A stretch of DNA of 64,000 bases, from the NCBI GenBank assembly GCA_048213135.1, contig PS015054.1:23090-87089 (forward strand). Direction: 5' to 3'. Shown piece after piece: positions 1 through 12,092 of this stretch (position 1 is the first letter of the stretch; the number at the start of each line of letters is the position of its first letter). Origin of the DNA: Reclinomonas americana ATCC 50394. Its lineage: Eukaryota. A model generated the notes under the pieces. The model had not been told where the DNA came from, ran no database searches, and saw only the letters and a list, made by a program, of their open reading frames with translations. The position numbers were made by a program, and so were the translations under genes.

Positions 1-236
1 AATAGAGGAGGAGAGAGAGAGAGAGAGGAAGAAAGGAAGGCAGACAAACAACAAGAAATAGTGAAAGAGAGAGAGAGAGAGCAAGAGAGCGACGAGACAG
101 ATATTTGTCTTTGCCTCTCTCGACGCTCTCGCTCTCTCCGCTGTTCTCTCGCGTCTTTCGCTTTTTTGCTTCAGTTTCTCTCTGCTACCCTCCATTTTCC
201 CCTTTCATTCTCTCGTCCTCTGTCGTACACCCCCTC

Positions 237-270
<34 letters not shown>

Positions 271-319
271 GTCCTCCCCCTGCCGTGTCCCTCACCCTTC
301 CCCATCCACCTTCTCGCAG

Positions 320-1083
320 ACATGCACAACTCTGCCGTCACTGGCATGCGTGGCTTTTGGATGAAATTCACGGCAGCCGGCACGAGGCTAGCACTCGGCG
401 CCTGCTTCCACCTGGCGTCCGGGGACGGGTCGCAGGTGTGCCTTTCTCCCTTATGCGTCGCTCAGCGTCCGTTCGTGCCGCTCACCCGCTGTATTTCACA
501 GGCGTTCATGTACTACTCGTTCCTGCTGCTGACTTTTGTCTTGTTGACAGTTGCGCGCGCCCGTCGATAAGCCAATGCCTGTGTATGTCTGTGCTCACAT
601 CTCCTTGTGTGCAGATCATGTTTGGCTTCATCCTCAAGTGCGTGCCCAACAAGCCGCGCCCGGGCTCCGAGGCCGACATTTCGCCGGAGCGCGAACATGT
701 TGCCGAGTACTCGGAGACGAATCTGTCGGACAAGGCAGATGCGATGATGACGGATGATGAGGTGCGTGATGGGAGAAGGGAAGGGGGAAGGGGGAAAGAG
801 AGAGAGAGTGGGAAAGAGAGAAGGAGTGGGAGAAATAAGAATCATCGAGTCACAGAGTTCATTACCTGTTTCTTTCTCTCATTCAATGCCTCAACGTTCT
901 TTTCGTTGGGTTCTTTCTCTCTTTGGTTTGTCTCTTTGTTTTGCCTTTCTTTTTCTCTTCTCCGAAGTCTCTTCTCTCCAGTTTGGGAGAGGGAGTGAGA
1001 AAGAGAGAGAGGAGAGAGCGAATTCTCCTGTGTTTTTCTGTGTTCCCTCCAGGGTCTCCTGTGGTTTCTCCTTTGCAACTGAT
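320..1083 (+). CDS. 3' part of a multi-exon membrane protein (possibly a transporter); 5' end lies upstream of the window
   Basis: In-frame exons joined by GT-AG introns: ...MHNSAVTGMRGFWMKFTAAGTRLALGACFHLASGDGSQ|AFMYYSFLLLTFVLLT|IMFGFILKCVPNKPRPG...DDE, with hydrophobic TM-like segments. The last exon (GLLWFLLCN*, ~1053-1083) is tentative. Confidence 0.5.
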
Positions 1084-1742
1084 CTCATGCTCTTCTGTTG
1101 TCTCTTGTTCTCTAATCTCCTCTTTCCGCCTCTCTTTTAGTCAACCCGTTCAGCTTCTTCACATCTCCTGTTCGCCTTCAGCATTTCCCCTTTCGCAATT
1201 GTTTGCTGCTCTCCATTGTGCTCGGTTCCCCTCTTGCCTCTCACTTGCTTTTTGCTCATGTTCGTTGTGCCCGACTCATCTTTTCCCCCTCTCTTTCCCC
1301 TCCTTCCCTCTCTTCTCTCTCCGTTCCCCCTCTCTTCCCTCCTTTCCCCCTCTTTCCCCCTCCTTCCCCCTCCTTCCCCCTCCTNNNNNNNNNNNNNNNN
1401 NNNNNNNNNNNNNNNNNNNNNNNNNNNNNNNNNNNNNNNNNNNNNNNNNNNNNNNNNNNNNNNNNNNNNNNNNNNNNNNNNNNNNNNNNNNNNNNNNNNN
1501 NNNNNNNNNNNNNNNNNNNNNNNNNNNNNNNNNNNNNNNNNNNNNNNNNNNNNNNNNNNNNNNNNNNNNNNNNNNNNNNNNNNNNNNNNNNNNNNNNNNN
1601 NNNNNNNNNNNNNNNNNNNNNNNNNNNNNNNNNNNNNNNNNNNNNNNNNNNNNNNNNNNNNNNNNNNNNNNNNNNNNNNNNNNNNNNNNNNNNNNNNNNN
1701 NNNNNNNNNNNNNNNNNNNNNNNNNNNNNNNNNNNNNNNNNC

Positions 1743-2974
1743 GACCTTGCTTGGAGAACCTGGAGAGAGAGAGAGAGGAGGGAAGGAGAGAAGAGAGAGA
1801 AAGGGAGAGTGTGTGAGAGAGAGTGAGAGTGCGAGAGGGGCGAGAGAGAGAGAGAGAGGTAATGCGCTGATGACTACGAAGGCTGACAACACACTATTCT
1901 CTCTGAGTGCTCAGAATGCGAGAGAGGAGAAAGCGAGTGCGCGAGACAACAACAGCAACAACAACGACAAAGAGAGAGAGAGAGAAAGAGGGAATCAGGG
2001 CTGACGAAACACACTATTCTCGCTGTGTCCTCAGTGTGCAAGAGAGAGAGAGAGAGAGCGAGAGTGCGAGACAATGACGACGACGACGACAACAACAACA
2101 ACAACAACGGTGCGTAACTGGTAGAGATCCAGCGCCGGTGTGGTGTAATTCCGTTGCAAGTAATCCTGCACAAGCGCGCACAGTATGAGCATCGATCCCT
2201 TTTCTCAAGGCAGGCAGCGCGGCACACTCACAAAACAAGTGTGACACAACACGTGAGGCTGGAAGTCGCCGCGCTGGGCGACTGCAGAGGGCACACAGAC
2301 TGGCGACACAAGAGTGAGCGACAGCGCGCTGCGAACGGATTGTACGCAGGCGACGAAACATTTCTCAAAACAACAGTTCTGGCACAGAATTCGCATGCAG
2401 TAGGAACAATTGACGGCCTTGCGCGTGCCGCGTGAGAACAAGCCACCCTGACTCAGGCGGTGTTGACATTGCTCGCAGCTGTCGCCTCGGTGGAAGGTCA
2501 TCTGATGATGATTGAAGAATCCTGCACGCGCATGCAATATTAGGCCACTGTTCCTTTGTACACTTGCACACTCACACGTACCTGGCGACTCGTTGTACTC
2601 AAACGGCGGCAGCATGCCGTGCAGAGCTGGGTAACGCGCTGCGTCGCTCGGCGTCTCCTGGATAATTGTGCCCGGGAAGGCTCCGAGGGTCTTGCTGTTT
2701 CGCAACCTGGCGCACAGGAGTGGAGAACCATGTTACTTTCCTTCAGCACCACGAGCGAGACAGGCGTCATTTCACAAACCGACTGGGATCTGTAATGTGA
2801 ATCTGACTGGACTCGAGTTCACGTGCAACCCCGCTCGGCGACGACATGGAACGTGTTGGTCGGCCTCCACTGGCCGGTGAGGATTGCTGATAGCACGCAA
2901 AAGTGAGTGAGAGCGAGAGACAGAGGGAAGGGAGAGGAAAGAAGAGATGTTTGGGAAGCAGAAAGACATTGAGA

Positions 2975-3013
<39 letters not shown>

Positions 3014-3014
3014 A

Positions 3015-3048
<34 letters not shown>

Positions 3049-6000
3049 AGAGAGAGAGAGGTGTCACACATCGACAATCTATCGCACACTTGCCCACCTC
3101 CGAACGAACAACGCGCGGTGTTGACCCGCTGCTGGAGGCCGGTGTGTGCGGTGAATGTGGGGTGCGCGGAGTGCGAATCAACGGGGAACCACTGCCACTG
3201 CCACCACCAGCGGCAGCGGCGGCAGCAGCAGCGGTCGCAGACGCCGACTTGGAATTAGGTGAGCGCGAGGCCTTTGGGCTGGACACGTGAGCTTCCGTCT
3301 TGCTTCCTGTGCGTGCACGTCAGGAGAGTGAAAGACAGCGAAAAAGGGCTGTGCCCAACCGCAACTCCGCCTGGTGGGCGATCGGCCGGCACTCCGAATG
3401 TGAAGCAGACTCTCGGCCCACTTTCGCTCTTCGTCGGCGTCACTGGCACGCTGCAGTTCGATCTGATGCGTCACCAGCGGCAGCAGATCTTGGCCGGGAG
3501 GTACCTGTTGGACGCCAAACGCACGTGAGTGGTGTGGCATCCCCGATCACGACAGGCGAAGCATTGCATACCAGAGGTTGCTTCGTGGCAGGAGATGGCC
3601 TGATTGCTGGCGGTCGAGCGCGCGACCGCGTCATGCTGCGATTGAACACTGCGGACAAAGCAGGTCAGACTTGCTCACGCTTCTTCGGCGGTTTTTCTTC
3701 CTCCCTTCTTCGCTCTCTTTCTCCCGCACACACAACAGTCCCTTTCTTTCTCTCTCCTCTAATTAATGTTTGCCTTTCTCTCTCTCACTCTCACTCGCTC
3801 ACGCTTTCTCTCTTCCTCCCTCCATCGCCCTCTCCCTCTCACAAACATTCATCCGTCCCTGTCACTGTCTCTCTCTCCCTTCCTCCCTCTCCCCATGCTC
3901 TGTCAGCACGCAATTGCCTACCTTCAAAGAGTGTTTCTGCTCCACGGAATGTGCACAAGTTTTGCGTCTCGAGCCATGCCGAAAAATGCGTGGCCTTGTC
4001 CAGGAAGTCGTTTTGGAACTGCACGCACGCGGTGAGATGCGTGCAACACCGCAAACAAGGGGCAGCTCACGACACCAACCTCTCCCCACATAATGAGCGA
4101 GGTCGGTTGGCGCGCCACATTTGCGTGAGAGTGATCGACCGACGGTGTTGCTGGCGAGGTGGGATGGATGGCGGCGCCCGGCATGTGTGACGGTGACATG
4201 ACGGAGCCCTCGGGTGGCGGCGTCTGTCGTGCGAGTGAGACGAGAGGAAGGACAAGGAAATATATATCAATGAGAAGAACGGCTCACCAGCGACGGGTCG
4301 CTCAGCTCACCCGTTTCCTCGCTGCGTGATGGTCAGCTCAAACACACATAGTAAGAGAAAAACAAGGTGCACAAGCGCAACTTGTTTGGAATCGACAGTC
4401 CTCGCGGTGCCACACTCGCCTGTCACACGCCAGTGAGATGCAGCGAGATAAACTGCATGAGAATGACAACTTACCGGAACGCGCTCCGGAATTCCGTTGA
4501 CCATGGTGTATGAGACTGCAGCATCGCGGTTGATCTCCTGTTTGCACCGAGATGGAGAGTGAGTTCAGTTTGACGACAAGGAATAGCAGCAGCAGCAGCG
4601 CTGATGGGATACCATCTCTCCGACATGCTGACGGCTCTCGCGGATGCGAATGTTGGCCATGGCCCAGACGTTGCGACGAGAGAGTGGCACACCATCGTCG
4701 TCGGCCAGCGCGTCTCCGGTCATGAAGCCACCAGCGGCACCGGCAACAATAGTTGCGTCAAGTTCGCCCTCTGGCGGAGAGCCGGATGCTGTGACACACA
4801 CGGGTGAGAATGAACGAAAGAAACGGCGGAATGAGCGACCCGCCTCCATCCCCGACGCACCCAATTGCGTGATCTCCGTGGACTCTGCAAGCGACGACGA
4901 ACACACGAACCAGGGTGAGCAACAACGACAGACGAGAATGCTGAAAAATTCCCGTACCGAGCTGCTGCGCCGAGTGCACACCAGTGGTGGTAGAGCTGCT
5001 TGCCGACTCGCGTTCACCATCGGCACTGTCTTTTTCTTCGCTGCTCTCGCCGTCCTCCTCTTCCTCCTCCTCCTCCTCATCGTCATCATCGTCGGCATCG
5101 TCTGCCGTGTCGCCGGCGGCCACACGCTCCGCCTCACGCACATCGTTTGCTGCGGCAGCAGTCACTGCGCGCTCCTCTTCGTCGAATTCGTCGTCGGACA
5201 CAAAGAGCGCGCGCGGAATTGGCGACTTGGCCGCCTCACTGAGCGTGCGCATCCCGCTCGTGAGAATGCATGGAATGGAAACACAGAAAGGGCAAAGGGA
5301 AGAACTGAAAGGACATAAAGAGAGAGATAGTGAGGGAGGGAAGGGACAGAGTGAAAGAGAGAGTGGTTCCTGGTCTATTCACACGCAGGGTGGTACCCCA
5401 GTACGCAACTCGACTCCCATGCTTTCATCGCCGTGCGAGGCCACTCTGCCTTCACCGAATGTGCGACGCAGTGGACTCTTCTTTGGCGAACGCAGTGGTG
5501 ACCGCATGGGTTCGGTGCTGTTGGCCGTGGCGGTGGCGGAGGCACTGAACTCGAACATGTCATCGGTGGTTGTGTCGGCACCCTGTGGGGAAACAGTGAG
5601 TGAGTCTCTACAAGGAACAAGGATTCCTTCTCTAAACAACGCACCGCGTCACCAGGGGAGGGCGGAGCTACTGCAGCGTTGACGGTCGCTGTTCTGACCA
5701 CCTGCACCGATCGCCGGCTTTGCACTTCTGTAAGCGGATCGTCACGGACAACGGACGACGCCGGTGACGGTGGTCGAGCAAAGAGAGTTTGCACGGGCGC
5801 CTGCGGAGGCTGCTGTTGCACTTGCTGAGATGGCAGTGGTGCGATTGTCGGTTGCTGTTGTTGCTGCTGCTGCTGCTGTTGTTGTTGCGCTGGCGGCTGC
5901 GACGGGGGCGGTGCAGCGGTTCCTCCAGTCTGCACGCCCGGTAACCGACTCCTCTCGGCGGCACCGCGCACTTGCATCAGACTGCTGCTCGGCAAATCCC

Positions 6001-6133
6001 CCGCCGCCTCCTGTCCAGGCTGCGCCGGTGCATGCCCGCCACCGTTGCCGGCTTGCACTGTCGGTGACATTCCAGGAGACAAGCGTCGTTGGTGTGAACT
6101 CTGACGAGTGCTGGCCGGCGACGCCACACTCAT
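1743..6133 (-). CDS. PH-like + Rubicon-homology (RH) domain protein, PLEKHM1/DEF8/Rubicon-like; 3' end lost in the N-gap
   Basis: The spliced model gives GDSCEQCQHRL...NCSYCMRILCQNCCFEKFCVPSAVAQRGDFQPHVLCHTCF|DYLQRNYTTPALDL. This matches the RH pattern (C-x2-C...C-x-Y-C...C-x2-C...IPAR..WDF...VC..C...L...P..DL). Upstream RASDADEERKWAESL resembles a PH C-terminal helix. The N-terminus is Q/acidic low-complexity. Confidence 0.65.
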
Positions 6134-6572
6134 GCTGCGCGTGATAAGAAAAGGGACCACGTGAAGCGCCGCAGTCAGGGTGACGCACCTCAAATCCAAC
6201 AGTGGCCGCCGCGGGATGTGGTCGGGCAACGCACCGAGACATATCTGCGAGGATAAATGGATTAAGAAACACAGAGAAGAGAGTGGAAGCAAGAAATGTG
6301 GAGTGTGCACGAAACTCTCTGCTCGCTCCGCGCGACTGCACTTGACGAATCGTAGTTGCCACGAGGCGAGGCTGCTGCGTGCAAAACACACGTACGTCAA
6401 TATTCACGCATGTGCACAGAGAATACTCATGCAGATCCACATACTCACGTTCTGTAAAGCCACTGAGGAAGGAACTGGTTGGTGCGCGCCGTCTGTTGCC
6501 GCCCGGCACACCGCGTTGCAGACCTGGCGAGTTACATGTAAGCGACGCGCGTGTTAGAGAAATTGCGCCACA

Positions 6573-8502
6573 CTATCCGCCGCAACTCGGAACATAGCGC
6601 TTAAACAGCGCGAAAATCACGTCGTCCTCTGACGACTCCACGTGCGATTTCTCCTCCAGCGACAAGATCATATTCTTGCGCTTGATGAACAGCAGGAAGA
6701 TGTGGAAAAAGTTGCGTGCACGGTGCAGCTCCTTTCTCCTCTCCTCCTTGTCCAGTGACCATGAGGGTGGACGCACAATCACTGCCGTGTGTGAAAGGCA
6801 GTGAGTGTGGCGGAAGGGAAGAGGGAAGCGGAGGAGAAGGGGAGGAGAGGAGGAGAGGAGGAGGAGGATGACAGACAACCAAGGCCACGCAACGTGATGC
6901 AAAGCGCGTACTCAGTTCTCCAATTGTGCATCCATTGACCTGGTTGTGAAGCGACAAGCGCGCAAGGAATACACCTACGGCAACCACACCACGAGTCAAT
7001 ATGAAGACAACCGCCAGCGCATGCAGAGCAAACATGCTGCGTACCCAGATGCTTGAGACAGGCGCTGTGCATGCGCGGCAGACACATGAAGAAAAAGTCG
7101 TCCATTTGTTGCGAGATGCACCGAATGCTGAATGCGTACTGATTCACAAGCGTGGAGATTTGAATCGAGTCTGCGCCACCCAGCACGGAAGTGAGTATAG
7201 GCTCACAGCTTGCAGGCTCGAGTGTACGCAACCTGGTTTCAACGACATGGTCGGATGTCGCGTGCCGTACAGAATGGTGTCCACGATGCGTTCCAGCGAC
7301 GCGTCCTCCACCAAGTGTTGCACCTCTCGGTAGTGCTCGCTTCGCACGATTTGATTGGTGGCTGCGATGAGGTGAGATGAGGAGAAGAGGCTGACATGTG
7401 CGCTTGTGTATGCGACGGTGCCAGGAGAGAGCGAGCGCACAAGAACACGCAGTGCGATGGTGAGACGATACTGTATGTGCCTGTGGTTGCGTTGCACATC
7501 TCTCCTACTCTCTCCCTTGCTCCTATCATACTCGCACAATACGTTCTCTCACCTCTCTCACTCTCTTCCGTTCTCCTCTTCATACTCGCACACTACGCCC
7601 TCTCATCTCTCCCACTCCCTTCCGTTCTCCTCATCATATTCACACATTGCGCCCCCTCATCTCTTATATTCTCCTCATATACTCACACGTATTTGCTTCT
7701 TCTCATCTCTCCCACTCTCCTTTCCGGTCTCCTCATCTCTCCCACTCCCCCCATTTCTCGTCTTGACACTCACCACTCTCAATGTGCCGCTCCACCAAGT
7801 CAAGCGCGTCAAAGTACATGACGCTCGGAATCAGTGGCTCCGGCAGCTCACGCAGAAACATGGTCAACAGCGACCAGGCGCAGTCCACATCCATGACCGG
7901 CGCCTGGTACTGCCCCGAGTCAATGTACGACCGGCAGACGCGCAGCTGGTTAGAGTCCGGGCGCCGCCGGGGAAGATTGGGTGTGCGCACTCCGAACTCC
8001 AAAATGTACTCGCACAGCATCGACAGAATGTGCGGCACCTGGTTCTCGTCCGTGACCAAGCGCGGCAGTGGAACACCGAAGGTGCGGCGGAGGGTCGGTC
8101 GCACAGTCTGTGTGCGGAGAGTGAGACTCGTGGCGATCGAACCACGCACGGGAGGGAGGGAGGAGACGCAACTGTGAGGAACGAGGGAGGTGTGTCGGGG
8201 TCCGATTGTCCTGAGCCACCCAGCCGCCGTGGCGTTCCACCACGTTGCACGGGCGCTGCATTTTGGTCACCGCGCTCACTCAGTTTCCTCGAAAGGCAAA
8301 CAAACAAGCAGCAACGATGACCGAGAAAAGTGACGCAACAGGTGGCATTGTTTAGCGATACAGCAGGATCGTCCTCGCCGTGACCCTCGCAAATGGCCTG
8401 CACGGATGAATGTAAGAATGAGTGAGAGGCGAGAGGCAAGGCCTGAAACAGGATGGCGCACGATGTATGTGAACTGAGAGACNNNNNNNNNNNNNNNNNN
8501 NN

Positions 8503-8577
<75 letters not shown>

Positions 8578-9639
8578 TGAGAGGGGCGAGAGGAGAAAGG
8601 CCTGAACAGGGCGGCGAATGTGTGCATGACGGTTGTGACCAACAGGAAAGTAGAGTGAGTGTGAGAATAAGCGAGAGCGAATGAGAGCGTGCAGTGAGTG
8701 CGTGTGAGGCGAGAGGCAACAACACTTCACGAACGAGAAAAACACGGCAGCACTTCACGAACGAAGAAGAAAGATCACAAACCCCAACAACACTTGACGA
8801 ACGAGATAAACACGGCAGCACCTTGCCAACGAGGCAAAACACGGCAACACTTCACGCACGAAGAAAGAACACAAACCCCAACAACACTTCCCGCTCGACA
8901 CACAAACCTCCAAGCTCTGCTTCCACAGACGCTGTCCGCTGGGCGCCGAGCGCGGTGACGACCGTCGACCACGCGCCTGGCCCTTGACCACCGACGGCAG
9001 CACCGAGGCCAGCAGGTCATCCACCTCGTCCCCATCTCCCTCATCATCATCATCATCATCCTCATCTTCCTCATCATCATCGTCATCATCATCAAGGTTA
9101 TCCCGTCGGTACCGACGCATCGAATCCCCGTTTCCGTTCATCTCTCCCTCACCGTCGTCATCATCATCGTCGTCACCATCATCATCATCGTCGTCGTCAA
9201 ACTCATCCTCATTGTCGACATTGTCACGCCGTGACTCAGCGACAGCTGCTGCTGCTTGTGGTGACTTTTGCAGTGGCGACACGGGTGACGGTAATGCGGG
9301 TGGTGGCGAGGTGCCGGTGAGACGCGCGGCAAGGTTCTTGTTGTGCAGGCGGTGGCGACGCTGGGCGGCCAGATCCACGCGCACCACCACTTCTTCCACT
9401 TCCAGTGGCTGCAGGCGACGGTGACCAGTGACACCACTGCCAACAGAAGCAGTGGTGGTGCTGGAGGAGGAGGTGGTGGTGGTGGTGGTGGTCGTGGCGG
9501 GGGTTCGTGATGCCATGACTGCTGCAGCACCGCGCATCACGGCATGCACTGCGGCGGCCGCGGCGGTGGCCGCAGTGGTGGCGCTGGAGGAGGCGCCGGT
9601 GGATGGTGGCGCCGGTGGCTGCGGCCCTCTGTCGCCCAT
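6573..9639 (-). CDS. RhoGAP domain protein, multi-exon
   Basis: RhoGAP helices in the expected order: TFGVPLPRLV..VPHILSMLCEYILEFG, LLTMFLRELPEPLIP, LPRMHSACLKHL, LHNQVNGCTIGELSTRFA. The N-terminus has poly-T/poly-D low complexity. Confidence 0.85.
7500..7760. repeat. Degenerate tandem repeat (~55-60 nt unit) inside a RhoGAP intron
   Basis: Recurring catactcgcaca..acg..ctctcatctctcccactc.cttccgttctcctc blocks, 3-4 copies. Confidence 0.6.
8715..8905. repeat. Imperfect tandem repeat (~30-40 nt units) in a RhoGAP intron
   Basis: Repeated cores ggca[g/a]cacttcacgaacga and cacaaaccccaacaacactt. Confidence 0.7.
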
Positions 9640-10613
9640 CGCTTGTGATTGTGATCCTTGTTGTCAACTCCGCAACTCCGGCGGGACGCATTGACAACGT
9701 CGGGTGGGGTAAGTCACAACTCACACGAAGAAAAGAAGAAGGAATGTTTCAATCATTTGGATGCTATGGATCGCCACCAGTGGTGAAGTTGCGCGCGCAT
9801 GGCGGTGTCACGACGTCGACGTCGAGTACAAAACGGGCCGGTTTCTGCTGAATTCGAATGCAGATCGGCTTGTGTGCACGTCGAGTTGCATGCACAGTTG
9901 ATGGTGTAGTGGTGGTGGATGTGTGCTTTTGACGGTTCATCTGGTGCTCATTCCAACGGTCGCGGATACAGAAACAAATTTGGAATATTCGAAAACTCGT
10001 ATTCGTTTGCTTTCCCTTACCCCCTCCTTCAAACTCGACCCCGAAAGCGACAAGGGAAAACGACCGTCTCTGCGGCGTTCCTGTCTGCCACTCTATCTAG
10101 ATCTCCCGCTCCTGTCTCGATCTCAGTTTCTTGAACGACAAACTGGTGACTGAGAAGTCTTCTTTCGCTTGGCTTCGTATCGAACCCCTGACAAAGGGAG
10201 ACAACACCTGTCTCTGCATCCTCGCACACTTTTCTCTCTCGCCTCCCACTCTCTCCCCCTGTCTTCGTTCAAAGAATGAATGCTGCACGTGGTTGGCAGG
10301 AGAAACCGTTTTGCTTGCCTTCGAATACAAGAGAAGACAACTGCCTCAGAAAGACCAGCAAGACGATCAGACAAGAGTGCTCTTTCTCCGCTCAGCGCAG
10401 CATAAACCCTCCTCCTCCCTCGCCTCTCTCTCCCTCTCTCAAAAGAACGAAACGAATACTGCATGACAACGATCGCACTCAAAGTCAAAGAAGCCCAGAG
10501 ACGAACAGGGATGGCTCTTCTCTCCGCTCAGTCTCTCCCTCTCCCTCTCCCTCTCCCCCTCCCTCTCCCTCCCTCTGCCTTCCACGGGCTTGCAGGCATT
10601 CATTCCTGCATCG

Positions 10614-11423
10614 TCACTTCTTCACCTGCTGCATCAGCTGCTCCCACCTCGCGCACAGCAGGTCGACAAAATCCTTCCCGCTCACTCCGTCGTAGTGACC
10701 GAGTGAGTAGCCGTCGTTGACCTCGACCAGGCACGTTACGAGCTCACCGTCGCCGCTCGTGCGCATCACGGCGAAATCCATGCCGCACCCGGCCAGCTCC
10801 TTGCCCTCGTCGCACGCAAACAGAGTCTCCACGGCGCCGCGCACCACCTCCATGTCGAGACCCGTGCCGTCGCCCTTGTAGCAGCACACGCCGCGTATCT
10901 CCCCGTGCACCACATACACTCGGAACTCCGACAACATCTCCACCACGTCGGCGCACAGCACCGCCAGCGACGCCGGCAGCGCCTCCATGCAATCGGGAAT
11001 GCCATACACGAGCGCGTCCAGCATCTGATCCCGCGGCTCCACAATCGCCGAGAACGCCTTGGCGTCCTCCGCCGGCTTGATAAACACCTGCGTGGGCGAG
11101 TCGGCCGCCACGCCCTCCATTTGCTCACGCATCTCGCCGAGCGTGGAGCGCCACACTCTGCGATGCAGCAAGTGCTGCAGGCACTGCGGGTAGTCCGGCG
11201 CCTGCGGCATTGGTATGCCCAACTGCGCCAGCGCCGCGCGTGTCCACTCAAAGTTGCCCACGACCAGCGTGTTGGCGTCGAGCGGGAACGATGGCACGTC
11301 TTCAGTGTTCTTGATCAGCACCTCCACTCCGCGAGCTCGCAGCTCGGCGGCCACCAGTGCGTTCTGTGGACCCGGCTCGCCGTCGTAGCCTTGCACGAAG
11401 GCGCGGGTGGGGAACGAGGTCAT
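10614..11423 (-). CDS. Intronless ATP-grasp domain protein, R2K clade (DUF4343-like), 269 aa
   Basis: Single uninterrupted ORF with motifs PDYPQCLQHLLHRRVW, VFIKPAEDAKAF, SEFRVYVVHGEI, DFAV and LVEVNDGYSLG, typical of R2K ATP-grasp proteins. Confidence 0.85.
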   Translation of the reverse strand: MTSFPTRAFVQGYDGEPGPQNALVAAELRARGVEVLIKNTEDVPSFPLDANTLVVGNFEWTRAALAQLGIPMPQAPDYPQCLQHLLHRRVWRSTLGEMREQMEGVAADSPTQVFIKPAEDAKAFSAIVEPRDQMLDALVYGIPDCMEALPASLAVLCADVVEMLSEFRVYVVHGEIRGVCCYKGDGTGLDMEVVRGAVETLFACDEGKELAGCGMDFAVMRTSGDGELVTCLVEVNDGYSLGHYDGVSGKDFVDLLCARWEQLMQQVKK

Positions 11424-12092
11424 GCGTGAGGGAGAGTGAGTGAGTGAGTGAGTGAGAGTGGGTGTGAGGGAAGGGGTGTGTGTGCGTGTGAGTGACAGAG
11501 AGCGGAGTGAGTGAGTGTGGCCGTGGGACAGCTGCCGCTGCGAGTGCTGTATCGGAAAAATAATAGAAGCTTCATGCAGCAGCACCACCACCACCACCAT
11601 CACCACGACCACCACCAACAACGACAACACAACTGCATGTCTTGAGTGAGCACCAAATCTGAGACATGACGGAAACGGTGAATGAGACCAAAACAATTGC
11701 AAGACTTCTCATTCGAATTCCAAGCTTTTTTTCACGGATCCGGACCCGGCTTCGCTTTGTTTGCGTGGCTTTAGCCTTTCCCCGAATTGGATGTGCCGTG
11801 TACGATCGCTGAAAAAGGCTTTGCGTCTACGAAAGTGCGTCGACGTCAAATCCACTGTTCAACCACACTTTCGCGGTGAACACACAAGAAAACCCACTGC
11901 TGATCTCAAGTCTGGTGCTTGTGTAGACGTTTTGAATATGGCTGTTGCTTGTTTGTTGGTGAATGAATTGCTGACATACAGACAGTGCTGCAGCTGGCGT
12001 TTCGATCACCACTGGCAGCCAAATCCATCAGCAGTGCATCACCCGACACCACCAAATACTGCACGTACACATGGACGGCCTCGTCAAATATA

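Noticed and set aside
3839-4054. Apparent second Rubicon-homology half (CCTHLTAC...)
   Set aside because: The Cys-containing part is intronic in the frame-consistent model.
8715-8905. Repeat-spacer-like pattern resembling a CRISPR array
   Set aside because: Units are degenerate, the 'spacers' are themselves repeated, it lies in a eukaryotic intron, and there are no cas genes.
9971-10014. Imperfect AT-rich hairpin upstream of RhoGAP
   Set aside because: Short and weak, with no recognisable ncRNA motifs; could arise by chance.
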